The position numbers and the translations under genes are program-made. From the NCBI GenBank assembly GCA_030390025.1, contig CM059432.1, positions 129,148,001 to 129,212,000 of the forward strand: a DNA stretch of 64,000 nt, in the 5' to 3' direction. Each line of letters starts with the position of its first letter. The stretch's first letter is position 1. Shown one piece after another: positions 35,357 to 48,076 of the stretch. Under the pieces are notes generated by a model, which was not told the DNA's origin, made no database searches, and saw nothing but the letters and a program-made list of their open reading frames with translations. The DNA is from Squalus acanthias. Lineage: Eukaryota.

Positions 35357-38309
35357 TCATGTCCAATTTCCTGCCCGCTCCCCGTAACCCCTAATTCCCT
35401 TTACTTCTAAGAAACTGTCTATTTCTGTTTTAAATTTATTTAATGATGTAGCTTCCACAGCTTCCTGGGGCAGCAAATTCCACAGATCTACTACCCTCTG
35501 AGTGAAGAAGTTTCTCCTCATCTCAGTTTTGAAAGAGCAGCCCCTTATTCTAAGATTATGCCCCCTAGTTCTAGTTTCACCCATCCTTGGGAACATCCTT
35601 ACCGCATCCACCCGATCAAGCCCCTTCACAATCTTATATGTTTTCAATAAGATCGCTTCTCATTCTTCTGAACTCCAATGAGTAGAGTCCCAATCTACTC
35701 AACCTCTCCTCATATGTCCACCCCCTCATCCCCGGGATTAACCGAGTGAACCTTCTTTGTACTGCCTCGAGAGCAAGTATGTCTTTTCTTAAGTATGGAC
35801 ACCAAAACTGTATGCAGTATTCCAGGTGCAGTCTCACCAATACCTTATATAACTGCAGCAATACCTCCTTGTTTTTATAATCTATCCCCTTAGCAATAAA
35901 AGCCAACATTCCGTTGGCCTTCTTGATCACCTGCGGCACCTGCATACTAACTTTTTGATTTTCTTGCACCAAGACCCCCAGATCCCTTTGTACTGCAGTA
36001 CTTTCCAGTTTCTCGCCATTAAGATAATAACTTGCTCTCTGATTTTTCCTGCCAAAGTGCATAACCTCACATTTTCCAATATTGTATTGCATCTGCCAAA
36101 TCTCCGCCCACTCACCCAGCCTGTCTATATCCCCTTGTAGGTTTTTTATGTCCTCCTCACTGTCTACTTTCCCTCCCATCTTTGTATCATCTGCAAACTT
36201 TGATATGTTACACTCGGTCCCCTCCTCCAAATCGTTAATATAGATTGTAAAGAGTTGGGGACCCAGCACCGACCCCTGCGGAACACCACTGGCTACTGGT
36301 TGCCAGTCCGAGAATGAACCATTTATCCCAACTCTCTGCTTCCTGTTAGATAACCAATCCTCCACCCATGCCAGAATATTACCCCCAATCCAGTGATTTT
36401 TATCTTGAGCAATAATCTTTTATGTGGCACCTTGTCGAATGCCTTCTGGAAGTCTAAATACACTACGTCCACTGGTTCCCCTTTATCCACCCTGTACGTT
36501 ATGTCCTCAAAGAACTCAAGCAAATTTGTCAGACATGACTTCCCCTTCATAAAGCCATGCTGACTTTGTCCTATTAAATTATGTTTATCTAAATCTTCCG
36601 TTACTGTCTCCTTAATATCAGACTCCAAAATTTTACCCACCACAGATGTTAGGCTAACTGGTCTATAATTTCCAGCCTTCTGCCTACTACCCTTTTTAAA
36701 TAAGGGTGTTACATTAGCAGTTTTCCAATTTGCCGGGACCTTTGCTGAGTCCAGGGAATTTTGGAAAATTATTACCAAAGCATCCACAATCCCTACTGCC
36801 ACTTCCCTCAAGACCCTAGGATGTAAGCCATCGGGTCCAGGGGATTTATCCGCCTTGAGTCCCATTATTTTACTGAATACCAATTCCTTAGTGATTTTAA
36901 TCGTATTTAGCTCCTCCCCCCCTAGAGCCCCCTGTTTGTCCAGTGTTGGGATATTCTTAGTGTCCTCTACCATAAAGACTGAAACAAAATATTTGTTCAG
37001 CATTTTTGCCATCTCCATGTTTCCCACCATTAATTTCCCGGTCTCATCCTCTAAGGGACCTACGTTTGCCTTAGCCACCCTTTTTCTTTTTATATAACTA
37101 TAGAAACTCTTGCTATCTGTTTTTATATTTTTTGCTAATTTATTTTCATAATCTATCTTCCCTTTCTTAATCAATCCTTTAGTTACTTTTTGCTGTCTTT
37201 TGAAGACTTCCCAATCTTCTATCCTCCCACTAAGTTTGGCTACCTTATATGTCCTTGTTTTTAGTTGGATACCATCCTTAATTTCTTTACTTAGCCACGG
37301 ATGGCTGTCATTTCTTTTACACCCTTTTTTCCTTAGTGGAATATATATTTTTTGAAAGTTGTAAAATAACTCCTTAAATGAACACCACTGCTCATGTACC
37401 GTCTTACCCTTTAATCTATTTTCCCAGTCCACTTTAATCAATTCCGCTCTCATACCATCATAGTCTCCTTTATTCAAGCTCAGTACGCTTGTTTGAGAAC
37501 CAACCTTCTCACCCTCTAATTGGATATGGAATTCAACCATGTTATGGTCACTCATTCCAAGGGGATCCTTAACTAGGACATTATTAATTAATCCTGACTC
37601 ATTACACAGGACCAGGTCCAAGGTTGCATGCCCCCTTGTAGGATCAGTTACATACTGCTTAAGAAATCCATCCCTAATACACTCAATAAACTCTTCCTCA
37701 AGGCTGCCCTGCCCAATTTGATTTGTCCAGTTAATATGATAGTTAAAATCCCCCATAATTATAGCTGTTCCCTTATTACATGCCCCAACTATTTCCTGTT
37801 TAATACTTCTTCCAGCAGAGTTGCAACTATTAGGAGGCCTATATACTACTCCCACTAGTGTTTTTTTTCCCCTTATTATTCCTTATCTCCACCCAAACTG
37901 TTTCATTATCCTGATCCTTTGACCCAATATCATTTCTCTGTATTACAGTGATTCCTTCCTTTATTAACATAGCCACCCCACCTTCCCTTCCTTCCTGCCT
38001 GTCCTTCCTGATTGTTAAATAACCTGGTATGTTTAATTCCCAGGCATTGTCACCCTGCAGCCATGTTTCTGTAATGGCCACAAGATCAGACCCATACGTA
38101 GTTATTTGTACCGTCAACTCGTCAATTTTGTTACGAATGCTGCGTGCATTCAGATAAAGAACTTTTAAATATGTTTTGTGACAATTTATTCCTGCTTTTA
38201 CCCCCTTTACTACTTTACCTTTATCTTTATATATTCTGTCCCTTCCTGACACGCTTTGGTTTTTAATTACCCCACTGCTACTTTGCTCTATTGCCTTCTC
38301 TGCTGACAT
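35357..38309 (-). pseudogene. CR1 ORF2 (APE endonuclease plus RT), frameshifted
   Basis: YLNARS, ITETWL, YRPP, MGDFN, SDHN, YLDFQKAFD and FADD are spread over four ORFs. Confidence 0.9.
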
Positions 38310-38347
38310 TTTTATTTTTTGCTCTCTTGAAACCTCCCCCCCACTAA

Positions 38348-39304
38348 TTAGTTTAAAGCCCTCTCTACAGCCCTAGTTATTCGATTTGCCAGGACTCTAG
38401 TCCCAGCACTGGCCAAGTGAAGTCCGTCCCAATGGAACAGCTCTCTCCTGTCCCAGTACTGGTGCCAGTGTCCCAGGAAGCAAAACCCATTTCTCCCACA
38501 CCAGACTTTGAGCCACGCATTTAACTCTCTGATTTTATTTACCCTAGCCAAATTTGCTCGTGGCTCAGGTAGTAATCCAGAGATTACTACCCTAGAGGTT
38601 CTGTTTTTTAATTTGGCCCCTAGCTGCTCATACTCCCTCAGCAGAACCTCATTCCTTGTCCTATCTATGTCATTGGTACCAACATCGACCACGACAACTG
38701 GATCTTCCCCCTCCCACTCCAAGTTTCTCTCCAGCCCAGAGGAGATGTCCTTAACCCTGGCACCGGGCAGGCAACACAGCCTTTGGTACTCTCGCTATCG
38801 GCTGCAAAGAACCCTATCTATACCCTTAATGATACTATCCCCTACCACTACAACATTTCTTTTTACTCCCCCCACTTGAATGGCTCCCCGTACCACGGTG
38901 CTGTGGCCAGGTTGCTCATCCTCCCTGCAGTCCCTGCTCTCGTCCTCACAGGGTGTAAGAGCCTCGAACCTGTTGGACAAGAGCAAGAGCTGCGGCTCCT
39001 CCAACACTACCTCCTGGATCCCCGTACCTGCCTCACTCGTAGTCACACCCTCCTGTCCCTGACCACGGGCTACATCTGAATTAGTTAATCTAATTGGTGT
39101 GACTACCTCCTGGAACACAGAGTCCAGGTAACTCTTCCCCTCCCTGATGTGTCGCAGTGTTTGAAGCTCGGACTCCAGCTCATCAACACGGAGCCGGAGT
39201 TCCTCGAGCAGCCAACACTTACTGCAAATGTGATCACCGTGAACATCAATGGTGTCCACCAGCTCCCACATATTGCAGCAGTAACACATCACCTGCTCTC
39301 CCAT
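38348..39304 (-). pseudogene. CR1 ORF1: zinc finger, leucine zipper and SGNH esterase, one premature stop
   Basis: CYCC...CSKC, LEELRLRVDELESEL, VVGDSI, VGTND, DGLHL. ORFs 38795-39304 and 38348-38722 are in the same frame. Confidence 0.88.
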
Positions 39305-39373
39305 TCTATGTAATTAATTAAATTTATTAATATTATTTACCCTTTAATTAATTTAAATTAAAACAATACACTT

Positions 39374-39461
39374 CTGTGACAGCCTGAACTGAGTCTCTTC
39401 ACTCTCCGTCCTGACAGTTTGAACTGAGTCTCTTCACTCCGTCCTGTGACAGCCTGAACTG
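39374..39461. repeat. Short tandem repeat (about 2.5 units of 36-38 bp) at the CR1 5' end
   Basis: TGACAGYYTGAACTGAGTCTCTTCACTC(TC)CGTCC repeated. Confidence 0.75.
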
Positions 39462-40199
39462 TATGGTGAGTAAAAAAAAAAGGTGCCTTCCTCTTGTACG
39501 ACATGAGCCAGCTAGAAACAGGTCCATCTCTGGCTTGAACACATGAACTTACGAAAAGTGCCTGTGAATTTTCGGAAAATGACTGCCTGTCAGTCTAGTA
39601 TGTACCCAACCCTCATTGTCCATTCTACACGAGCAATCGGAGCATGCAGGACACTCCCTCCAGAAAAGTGGCACCTGCGCTGATTTCCATCTCATTGCCA
39701 TTCATTGTAATACTAAATTAAAACTCTCACACTTTAGGCCAGCCTAATACACTGCCTGAAGATCGCGTAGAGTCCAATTGGTGCAGATACGATGAGATAT
39801 GTGCCCGATTTCCCAACCCCTGATCGCTTATCCACTCTGACCCAATCAATCATGTCAACTGGAAAATTTCCCCTTATTATTCTACAGGACCAAGTGAAAG
39901 CATTTCGAATCATAGAATGCTACAGCACATAAGAAGGCCATTTGGCCCATCGTGCCTGTGCTAGCTTTAAGACAACTGCCTCCCTCCAGGGATGCTATGG
40001 CCAGGCTACATTGAGCCTCCTGCTGAGATTACCGCCGGAAAACCAGCCTTGAACAGTAAGTTTTGGGCTGCGCTAATGTTAATTAGTAAGCAACACCAAT
40101 ATACCGGTGCTGCCAGCGCTATTAATTTTGGCGGCTGTTAACTGAGGCCCGCTGTGGCACTGGCAGGTTTTCGGCGCACTAGAATTGCTAGGCCATTGT

Positions 40200-40445
40200 G
40201 TCCTTATGTACTCTATCAAAACCCCATATAATTTTGAACATTTCTATTAAACTCCCCTTAACTGTCTCTGCTCTAAGGAGAACAATTCCAGCTTCTCTAG
40301 TCTCTCGACATAACTGAAGTCCCTCATCCCTGGCACCGTTCCAGTAAATCTCCTCTGCACCCTCTCCAAGGCCTTGACATCCTTCCTAAAGTGTGGTGCC
40401 CAGAATTGGACACAATGCTCCAGCTAGGGCATGACCAGTGATTTT
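40200..40445 (-). mobile_element. CR1 fragment
   Basis: Reverse of a typical CR1 ORF2 C-terminal sequence (CCAGAATTGGACACAATGCTCCAG). Confidence 0.65.
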
Positions 40446-40739
40446 CTGTTTTACCAGTGTCAACTTTTATACATTGTTTTGCTGCACAACCTGATTTAGC
40501 TTTTTATGCCTTTGCTCTCTGAAAGCTGTGGTGACGCTTCTCGTTCATTACGCTGACTAACTGCAGCTCTGAACTGCAGTGAATTTATCTCCCCTTCCCC
40601 CCATGTACTTCTGCACGAGTTTACTCTTGATTGGCTTTTTTTGGCTAATTTCATAGAATCATACAGTGCAGAAGGAGGCCATTCGGCCCATCGTGCATGT
40701 ACTGGCTCTTTGAAAGAGCTATCCAATTAGTCCCACTCG

Positions 40740-41096
40740 CCTACAAGATGCACTGCAGCAACTCGCCAAGGCTTCTTTGGCAGCACCTCCCGAACCCTGC
40801 GACCTCTTCCACCTAGAAGGACAAGGGCAGCAGGCGCATGGGAACACCACCACCTCCAAGTTCCCGTCCAAGTCACACACCATCCTGACTTAGAAGTATA
40901 TCGCCGATCCTTCATCGTCGCTGGGTCAAAATCCTGGAACTCCCTCCCTAACAGCACTGTGGGAGCACCTTCACCACACGGACTGCTGCAGTTCAAGAAG
41001 GCGGCTCACCACCATCTTCTCAAGGGCAATTAGGGATGGGCAATAAATGCTGGCCTTGCCAGCGACGCCCACATCCCATAAATGAATAAAAAAAAA
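40740..41096 (+). mobile_element. 3' end of a poly(A)-tailed non-LTR retrotransposon, inserted in a CR1 3' UTR remnant
   Basis: SWNSLP...FKKAAHHHLLKGN* RT-type C-terminus, AATAAA and an A-tail at about 41086-41096. Confidence 0.7.
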
Positions 41097-42344
41097 CTCT
41101 TTTCCTCACAGCCCTGAACATTTCTGTGAACACATTCTACTGTGGGAGCAAGACTCAGAGTGGCAGTATAAATGGACTTATTATCACTTTCTACCAAAGT
41201 TGCTCTCCTGGCTACGTATGTCTACTTGTTTGTAGACACACAGGGGATGAAATGGCTCTTTGTTTCCAGCTTCTGCTTCTAGAATTACAAACCGGTCCAA
41301 GATCTGTGTCAGACTATTTAACTACCTCAGATTGACTGACGCAGTGATAATGAGATAACTTCCAGCTGTGTTTCTCATCCAAATGTGTAACCAAAATATT
41401 TCAGCCTATTTTTACTCTATCAACAGCAACATCAACAAGTACTGAATGTTTATCAGCAGGAATTATTTGACAGCAAGTGAAAATAAATTTTAAAGACTCA
41501 AAGCTCTTTAAAATCTAGCACAGTAAAATTATTGACGACACGATCGGACTCTCATACACACACACACACATACACACACCAGACAACAAAGCTTTGTGTT
41601 TATTACAACTTAGTGCTGTTGTGGCTCTGGTTCTTCAGTCCTGCATTGGAAAAATCCAATAAGTATTGGTTTCCAATAAAGGCCTATACGTAGGAAAGTT
41701 ACAGTGAATGTTTAGTAAATATAGCGAGGCAGAGCGAAACATGACAACAGGGTTTGTTTGTATATCAACACAATTGAGCTGATGAGTGAAGCCTGTACTT
41801 TTATTTGCAAAATAATTTGAGGCAGATAAGAACAATGGGGAAAAATATTAAACAGGATCAGCTTAGTTATTTTTCTGCTTTTAGACAAGACTGTTTTGTG
41901 TTGAGGACTCAGTTGAAAGTTGGACTAACATTAGTTATGTCAACAACACGATTTTTTTGCTGGCATGAATAGATCGATTATACAGAACCAACAATAGTAA
42001 ACTGCCAGTGTTACTTTAATGAATCATTTGGCAATTTGAGTAAGTCTATTCCATTTATCCCAGGAGTGGGCTGACAGGGAAAAGGCTGCTGTACCTTTAG
42101 GCCCGTTTGTGAACCTGAAATGGGTGCTGTGCATGAAGCGTCCACTCCAGGGAAGCCTGAGGCCTGCCCTAAATTGGGCCTCGGGCCTCTTTAATATTAA
42201 TTAGGCGAGCTGCCAGCACCTGTCATGCCTCCACAGGCAGCTTGCCCATTTGAAGAAAATTAATCTGGGGCATCTTGTCTCGCTAGCAGCGGCCTAAAGG
42301 TAGGTCTCGCGGGAGGAGGAGGAGCGGCAACGATGGGTGGGCAG

Positions 42345-43750
42345 TTAGGGAGTGCTGCACTGTCGATGGTGCTGTCTTTTGGGTGAGTCGTTAAACCGAG
42401 GCCCCGTCTGCCTTCTTAGGTGGATGTAAAAGATCCCATGGCACTATCTAGAAAAGAACAGGGGAGTTCTCCCCTGGTGTCCTGGTCAATATTTATCCCT
42501 CAACCAATATCACCAAAAAAATCAGATTATCTGGTCATAATCTCATTGCTGTTTGTGGCACCTTGCTGTGCATACATTGGCAACCGTATTTCCTACATTA
42601 CAACAGTGATTACACTTCAAAAGTGCTTAATTGGTTGTAAAGCACTTTGGGACGTCCTGAGGCCTTGAAAGGCACTGGGGGTTATTTTGTCCATAGGGTG
42701 AAAACAGGCACTAAATGGGTGCAGTGCAAATAAGACTAGCCTGTTTGAAAGGCCAGATTTAGCACTCAATTTTGGTCCTACTTGCTGATTACCATAATTT
42801 GAACTTGCCTGCAGGCGCTAACCAGAGACCTGCAGGTTTCGCACGCAAGTGCTGGTTAGACGCAATTTTCGTGGAGCAGTATATGTGGGCTCACTCACCC
42901 ACTTCCACTGAAGGTGTGGAGTGCTCTGGCTGGCACACAGCAGCACGTTGCAAGATGGCTCAGGGACCGAGGGAGACGGCGCACAGGTTCTCGGATGCGG
43001 CACTGGAGGTCCTGGTGGAGCAGGTCCAGAGGAGGAGGGATGTCCTGTAACCGTAGGGGGCAAGGACACCACCTCACCCTCCTGTCCCTCTCTCCTGCAG
43101 CAGCTGGTGCTGCTCTGCCTGGCCTCATGTCTCCGCCCATTCCTCGTCCAGACCAAGGGGGACCCCTAGCAAGATGCCAATGGCCAAGCACTCCCTTTCT
43201 CTTGGCGACTCCTATAAGGTGTCCAATAAGATGGAGTAGCACAGAACTTACTCTTTTTAGGTGAAGTTTTCAGAGAATTTCCAGAATAAATGTTGCTCGA
43301 GTGTTGGTGAAGTCTTGATAAAGTGTCCCAGAAAGTCTCCTGATGTGTTTCAGAGGTCCTCTTCACAGCTCCAGCAGCAATGACCATGAAATGGTGAATA
43401 TCCCTTTAAGTAGCGCTTGAAATTGGCATCAACGCCGTGTTTTGCTCCCAAACAGCTGGTTGTGTTAGGAGAGGGCGTTAGCTGAAGCACTAGCCACCAA
43501 AATGCTGTGCAGCCTCTTTAATGAGCGCTAGCAGGCATTTTAAGTAGCAATCAGCTGATTAACAAGCCTCTGGGCGGCCATTCCCAGAGCTGGCTTCAAC
43601 ACCTTTACCAAGATGGTGTCTTGCGTTAAACGCGGGCTAAACCAGCGTTTTAGCTTAAGATCCCACCTTGGCCACTTCTTTGCCTCTTTAGCACCTAAAG
43701 TATTCGGTGAAAGTCACCCCGCCCCCCTATATAAAGGCAAGCCTTTCTTT
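42345..43750 (+). mobile_element. Deu-domain SINE with a decayed Harbinger derivative (about 42678-43726) in its tail
   Basis: SINE tail GGCACT|ATATAAAGGCAAG is split. Insert ends GGGGTTATTTT / AAAGTCACCCC. Myb remnant MAQGPRETAHRFSDAALEVLVEQV at 42955-43050. Confidence 0.7.
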
Positions 43751-44531
43751 ACAGCGTGCCCGATTTTCTTTTCCATTCAGTTGGGGAGCAGATTCTCTAT
43801 GAGCCCATTTCATGCTACTGGCGTTGATCAATTTCACCCTAGTCAGTTCAGCTCCTCCAACCGCTCCTTCTCTCATGACCGCACAGTCACTTCCTGCATG
43901 CACCAAAGCTCCATCCTTGACTCCCTCCTATTCCTTATCTGTTTCCTTGATAATCTCATCTGCAAACATGGGATCAGCTTCCATATGGAGCTCCAACTTC
44001 TGACACTACCCTTGATTCCATGATGATTGTCGTGCTGTCTGACATCAAGTCCTGGATGACCCAGAACTTTCCTCAACTTCACACTGGCAACACCAAAGCC
44101 ACCCATCATAAACTGGAGAGCTCAGGTGTTGATCCTAGATCTCTTCAAGCTGCTTACTCAGACTAAGCCCAATGGTGTCCCGTTTTACCCTGAACTGAGC
44201 TTCAAACACAACATCCAAGCCATTGCCAAGACCACTTACTTCCACTTCCTCAACATCACTTGCCCACATCTTATACCTCATCCCACCACCGCTACTAGCC
44301 TCATCTATATCTTCAGCACTTCAATGGCATGATTCCTCCATTGTTCTCTTCACTGCACTTCTCAGCTCCACCCTACGCAAACTCAAGTCAGCCAGAACTC
44401 AAGTCAATGAGAAAGAATATTGGGCAGAATGTACAATGGGTTTCTGATTCGTTATCATCTGTTTTATGCTAACGATGAAGACCAATTTCAAGCCCTTGAA
44501 GCTAATTGGGATGCTACTACTGTCCACCAGT

Positions 44532-44960
44532 TAGAACATAAGATTTAGGAGCATGAGTAGGCCATTTGGCCCCTTGAGCCTACTCCGCCATTCAATAAGA
44601 TCATGGCTGAATTTCTACCTCAACTCCACTTTCCCGCCCGATCCCCGTATCCCTTGATTCCCTTAGTACCCAAAAATCTAGCGACCTCTGTCTTGAATTT
44701 ACTCAATGACTGAGCATCCACAGCTCTCTGTGGTAGAGAATTACAAAGATTCACAACCATCTGAGTGAAGAAACTTCTCCTCATCTCAGTCCTAAATGGC
44801 CGACCTCTTATCCTGAGACTATGACCCGTAGTTCTAGACTCTCCAGCCAGGGGAAACAGCCTCTCAGCAACTACCCCGTCAAGCCCTCTAAGAATGTTAA
44901 ATGTTTCAATGAGATCACCTCTCATTCTTCTAAACTCCAGGAAATATGGGCCCATTAGTA
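44532..44960 (-). mobile_element. CR1 3' fragment
   Basis: [14 protein letters not shown]...GKWS ORF and CR1 3' UTR. Confidence 0.88.
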
Positions 44961-45664
44961 GCATAGACAGAGGGGTCAGCACTGGAACCTTTTTGGTCCG
45001 AATGGCTCAATTGGACGCTGGATCATGTAGTTACCAAGTGAGCTGTTGGGTACTCTGAGGTTTTTGTTTTATTCTCTCCCAACAATAAACTGGCATATGA
45101 ATCTTTGAGAAAGAACAACACATTAAATATCATACTTCACAAGTTTATCACAATGTGCTAGAAGAATCCTTGCTTAGAAAAACACAAACCCCAAGAGGTT
45201 CCGGAGATAATAGAAGACCTTTTTGAAACTGTAATGTGAAGAGGATAACAACTATGTTCATTTTATGCCTCTCCCACTCACTATTCCTCATGTGTCATCC
45301 AAATATGCCGATATACTTACTTTGCAGCTGTTTGGTGTATTTCTGTTAAATTCTGTGGGCAATTTGACAGGTAGAAATGGTTGAAAGAAAATGCAGTTCA
45401 GTTATTTAATATACCTCCCCCACAGCCTCCCACACATCTTCCGTCAGTTCCTTATACAATGCCCAAAGTATTATCTGTGGTTACTTTGCAATTGTGAAAT
45501 GTACTGCTGCTGAATGTGAGGACAATACAATACTCTTTGTGAATTGATATGCCTCCATAGTGTATTGTGAAAATCAGCTCAATTTACAGGTGAGGGCACT
45601 GACGTTTATTGCGATTTATTGGTTTTACTTTTGGGTTCTCTCCACTTTATCTGGTTTCATTATA

Positions 45665-46203
45665 AACAGGATATAGACGCACTGGCCAAGGTGCGAAAAA
45701 AAGCTTTACAAGGGTGATACCAGAACTGAGAGGTTATACCCATCAGAAAAGGATGAACAGGCTGGGGCTCTTTTCTCTAGAAAAGAGAAGGCTGAGGGGT
45801 GACCTAATAGAGGTCTTTAAGATTATGAAGGGGTTTGTTCGGGTACACGTAGAGAAGATTTTTCCACTTATGGGGGAGTTCAAAACTAGGGGCCGTCAAT
45901 ATAAGATATTCACCAATAAACCAATAAAGAATTCAGGAGAAACTTCTTTACCTAAAGAGTGGTTAGAATGTGGAACTCGCTACCACAGGGAGTAGTTGCG
46001 GTGAATAGCATAGATGCATTTAAAGGAAGCTAGATAAACACACGAGGGAGAAAGGAATAGAAGGATATGCTGATTGAGTTCGATGAACAGGGGTGGCAGG
46101 AGGCTCGTGTGGAGCAGAAACGGCCGTGTGGAGCAGAAACGGCAGCATAGACCGCTTGGGCCGAATGGCCTGTTTACTGTCCTGTAAATTCTATGCAATT
46201 CTA
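45665..46203 (+). mobile_element. CR1-group LINE 3' fragment
   Basis: LGLFSLEKRRLRGDLIEVFKI. Confidence 0.8.
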
Positions 46204-47652
46204 CCTCACCAGCGTCCCGACATTCAACAAGACACGTTGGGCAGATTTTGCAAACTCACACTCCCAGTGCGTAGCTTTGTGCGATGGGGCCACATTTCGG
46301 AAATTTGGATGGGAAGGTCAGTTAGCTCCATAGCAGATGCCTCCTGTTCATGGGCTGCAAATGCTGCAGACCTCCCTGCCTGAATTCCCTGTATGCACTT
46401 GCAGCATACAAGGCCCCATGCTGGGAATGTGAGGTAATAAAATCTACCCATGTGGGTGACGTACACAAATACCTTGTGGGGTTTAACAGAAACCTAGTAT
46501 TAAGCCAACACTACAATATTAACTCAGTTGGCACAGCTTAGACTGCAATAATACTATAACCCCCGATGACATGACAGGAGCTGTATTACTGATTCGCAAC
46601 TGGCGGGAGTTATTTATATTGGCTGACTGTCAGGTGCAGGCTGGCAGCTGGTACATTTTAATTGCATTGCAAGCACAGGTGGGATTGTCGTCACTCTCAA
46701 AACATTTGAAACAACTCCTGTATAAGTTTACGAACTGTCCTGAGGGCTCAGATGGATCCATTGAGCAATTTCTAAAAAAAATACTTGTCTCAACAACGCA
46801 GCAGGTTAAAGTACAATTCATGTCAATTCAAAGTGATGTGAAGGAGCCTCCTAGAGGGAGTGCTGCATTCTGGAGTCAGGTTGCGACATGACGCTGGTGT
46901 TGGTGGGCGGGGGTGGGTAATTTCACCAGCCCGCAATTCCGGGCAGGGGGGAGCCTTTATAGTCGGGGGTGCCATGTAAGAAATCTGGGCACACAATGAC
47001 GACGGTTTTCTGACCATTCATTTCAGTGGCCATGTCGTTGCGTTGATACTGCAGTGATACAGAAGTGGCAATATAACTGGACTCTAAGACTGCAGTTTTA
47101 ATGGTAAAGTCTCAGGGAAGAAACTACCATATTTTAAGAACTGAAGCTGTCAGTGACAAGCTCATGTCACTTGCTGCCGACCCCACTACCCCCCGCTCCC
47201 CCCATTCCCCACCCCCCAATCACCCCCCGCTCCCCCCACCCCCCAATCATCCCCCACCCCTTTGAGGTTTCCAATAGGCTCCTGTTTAGTGTGGGGAAGA
47301 CAAAACATTGCTTTCATTCTTAACATGTAGGACTTGATTCATCTGATTACGTTGTTAGTACTCAGCCAGTCATTGTCAAGGTCTAACTCTAATAGTGCCA
47401 CTGTCGCAGTAATAGATATTTTAATTATGTATTATTACCTCATGCATGCCTACATAGAAAACCACGAAGGGGCAGCAACAATCTCAATGCTGACAACAAC
47501 CCCCCACAAAAAGCCTGACTGCTTAAAAATTAGCCCTGAATATAGGTCTTATCACATTGTTAATTTTATCAACAAGCTAATTTACCACAACAACAACAAT
47601 TTGTATTTATATAGCGCCGTTAACATAGTAAAACGTCCCAAAGTGCTTCACA

Positions 47653-48076
47653 TCACCACCGCTCTCCATCACCCCCCATCCCCACCCCATCACCCCCCAT
47701 CCCCACCCCACCCCTCCTCCACCTATTCCCCATCACCCCCTCCCCCATCCCCACCCCTCCCCATCACCCCCTCCCCCCATCCCCACCCCCATCACCCCCT
47801 CCCCATCCCCACCCCCATCACCCCCTCCCCATCCCCACCCCATCACCCCCTCCACACCCCACCCCTCCCCATCACCCCCCCTCCCCATCCCCACCCCTCC
47901 CCTATAAACCCCCTCCCCATCACCCACCCCGCCCGCATCCCCACCCCCATCACCCCCCACCCCATCACCCCCTCCCCCATCACCCCCCACACCATCAACC
48001 CCCATCCCCACCCCTCCCCTATATAACCCCTCCCCCATCCCCACCCTGCCCCCATCCCCACCCCTCCCCATCACCC
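47653..48076. repeat. C-rich low-complexity minisatellite (CCCCATCA/CCCCT units)
   Basis: Direct inspection. A smaller similar tract lies at about 47180-47260. Confidence 0.9.

Larger units (their letters stand above)
35156..39460 (-). mobile_element. Near full-length CR1 LINE (5' UTR, ORF1, ORF2, 3' UTR)
   Basis: ORF1, APE and RT domains are colinear. (TTCTTATG)-type tail at about 35156-35180. Confidence 0.93.
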
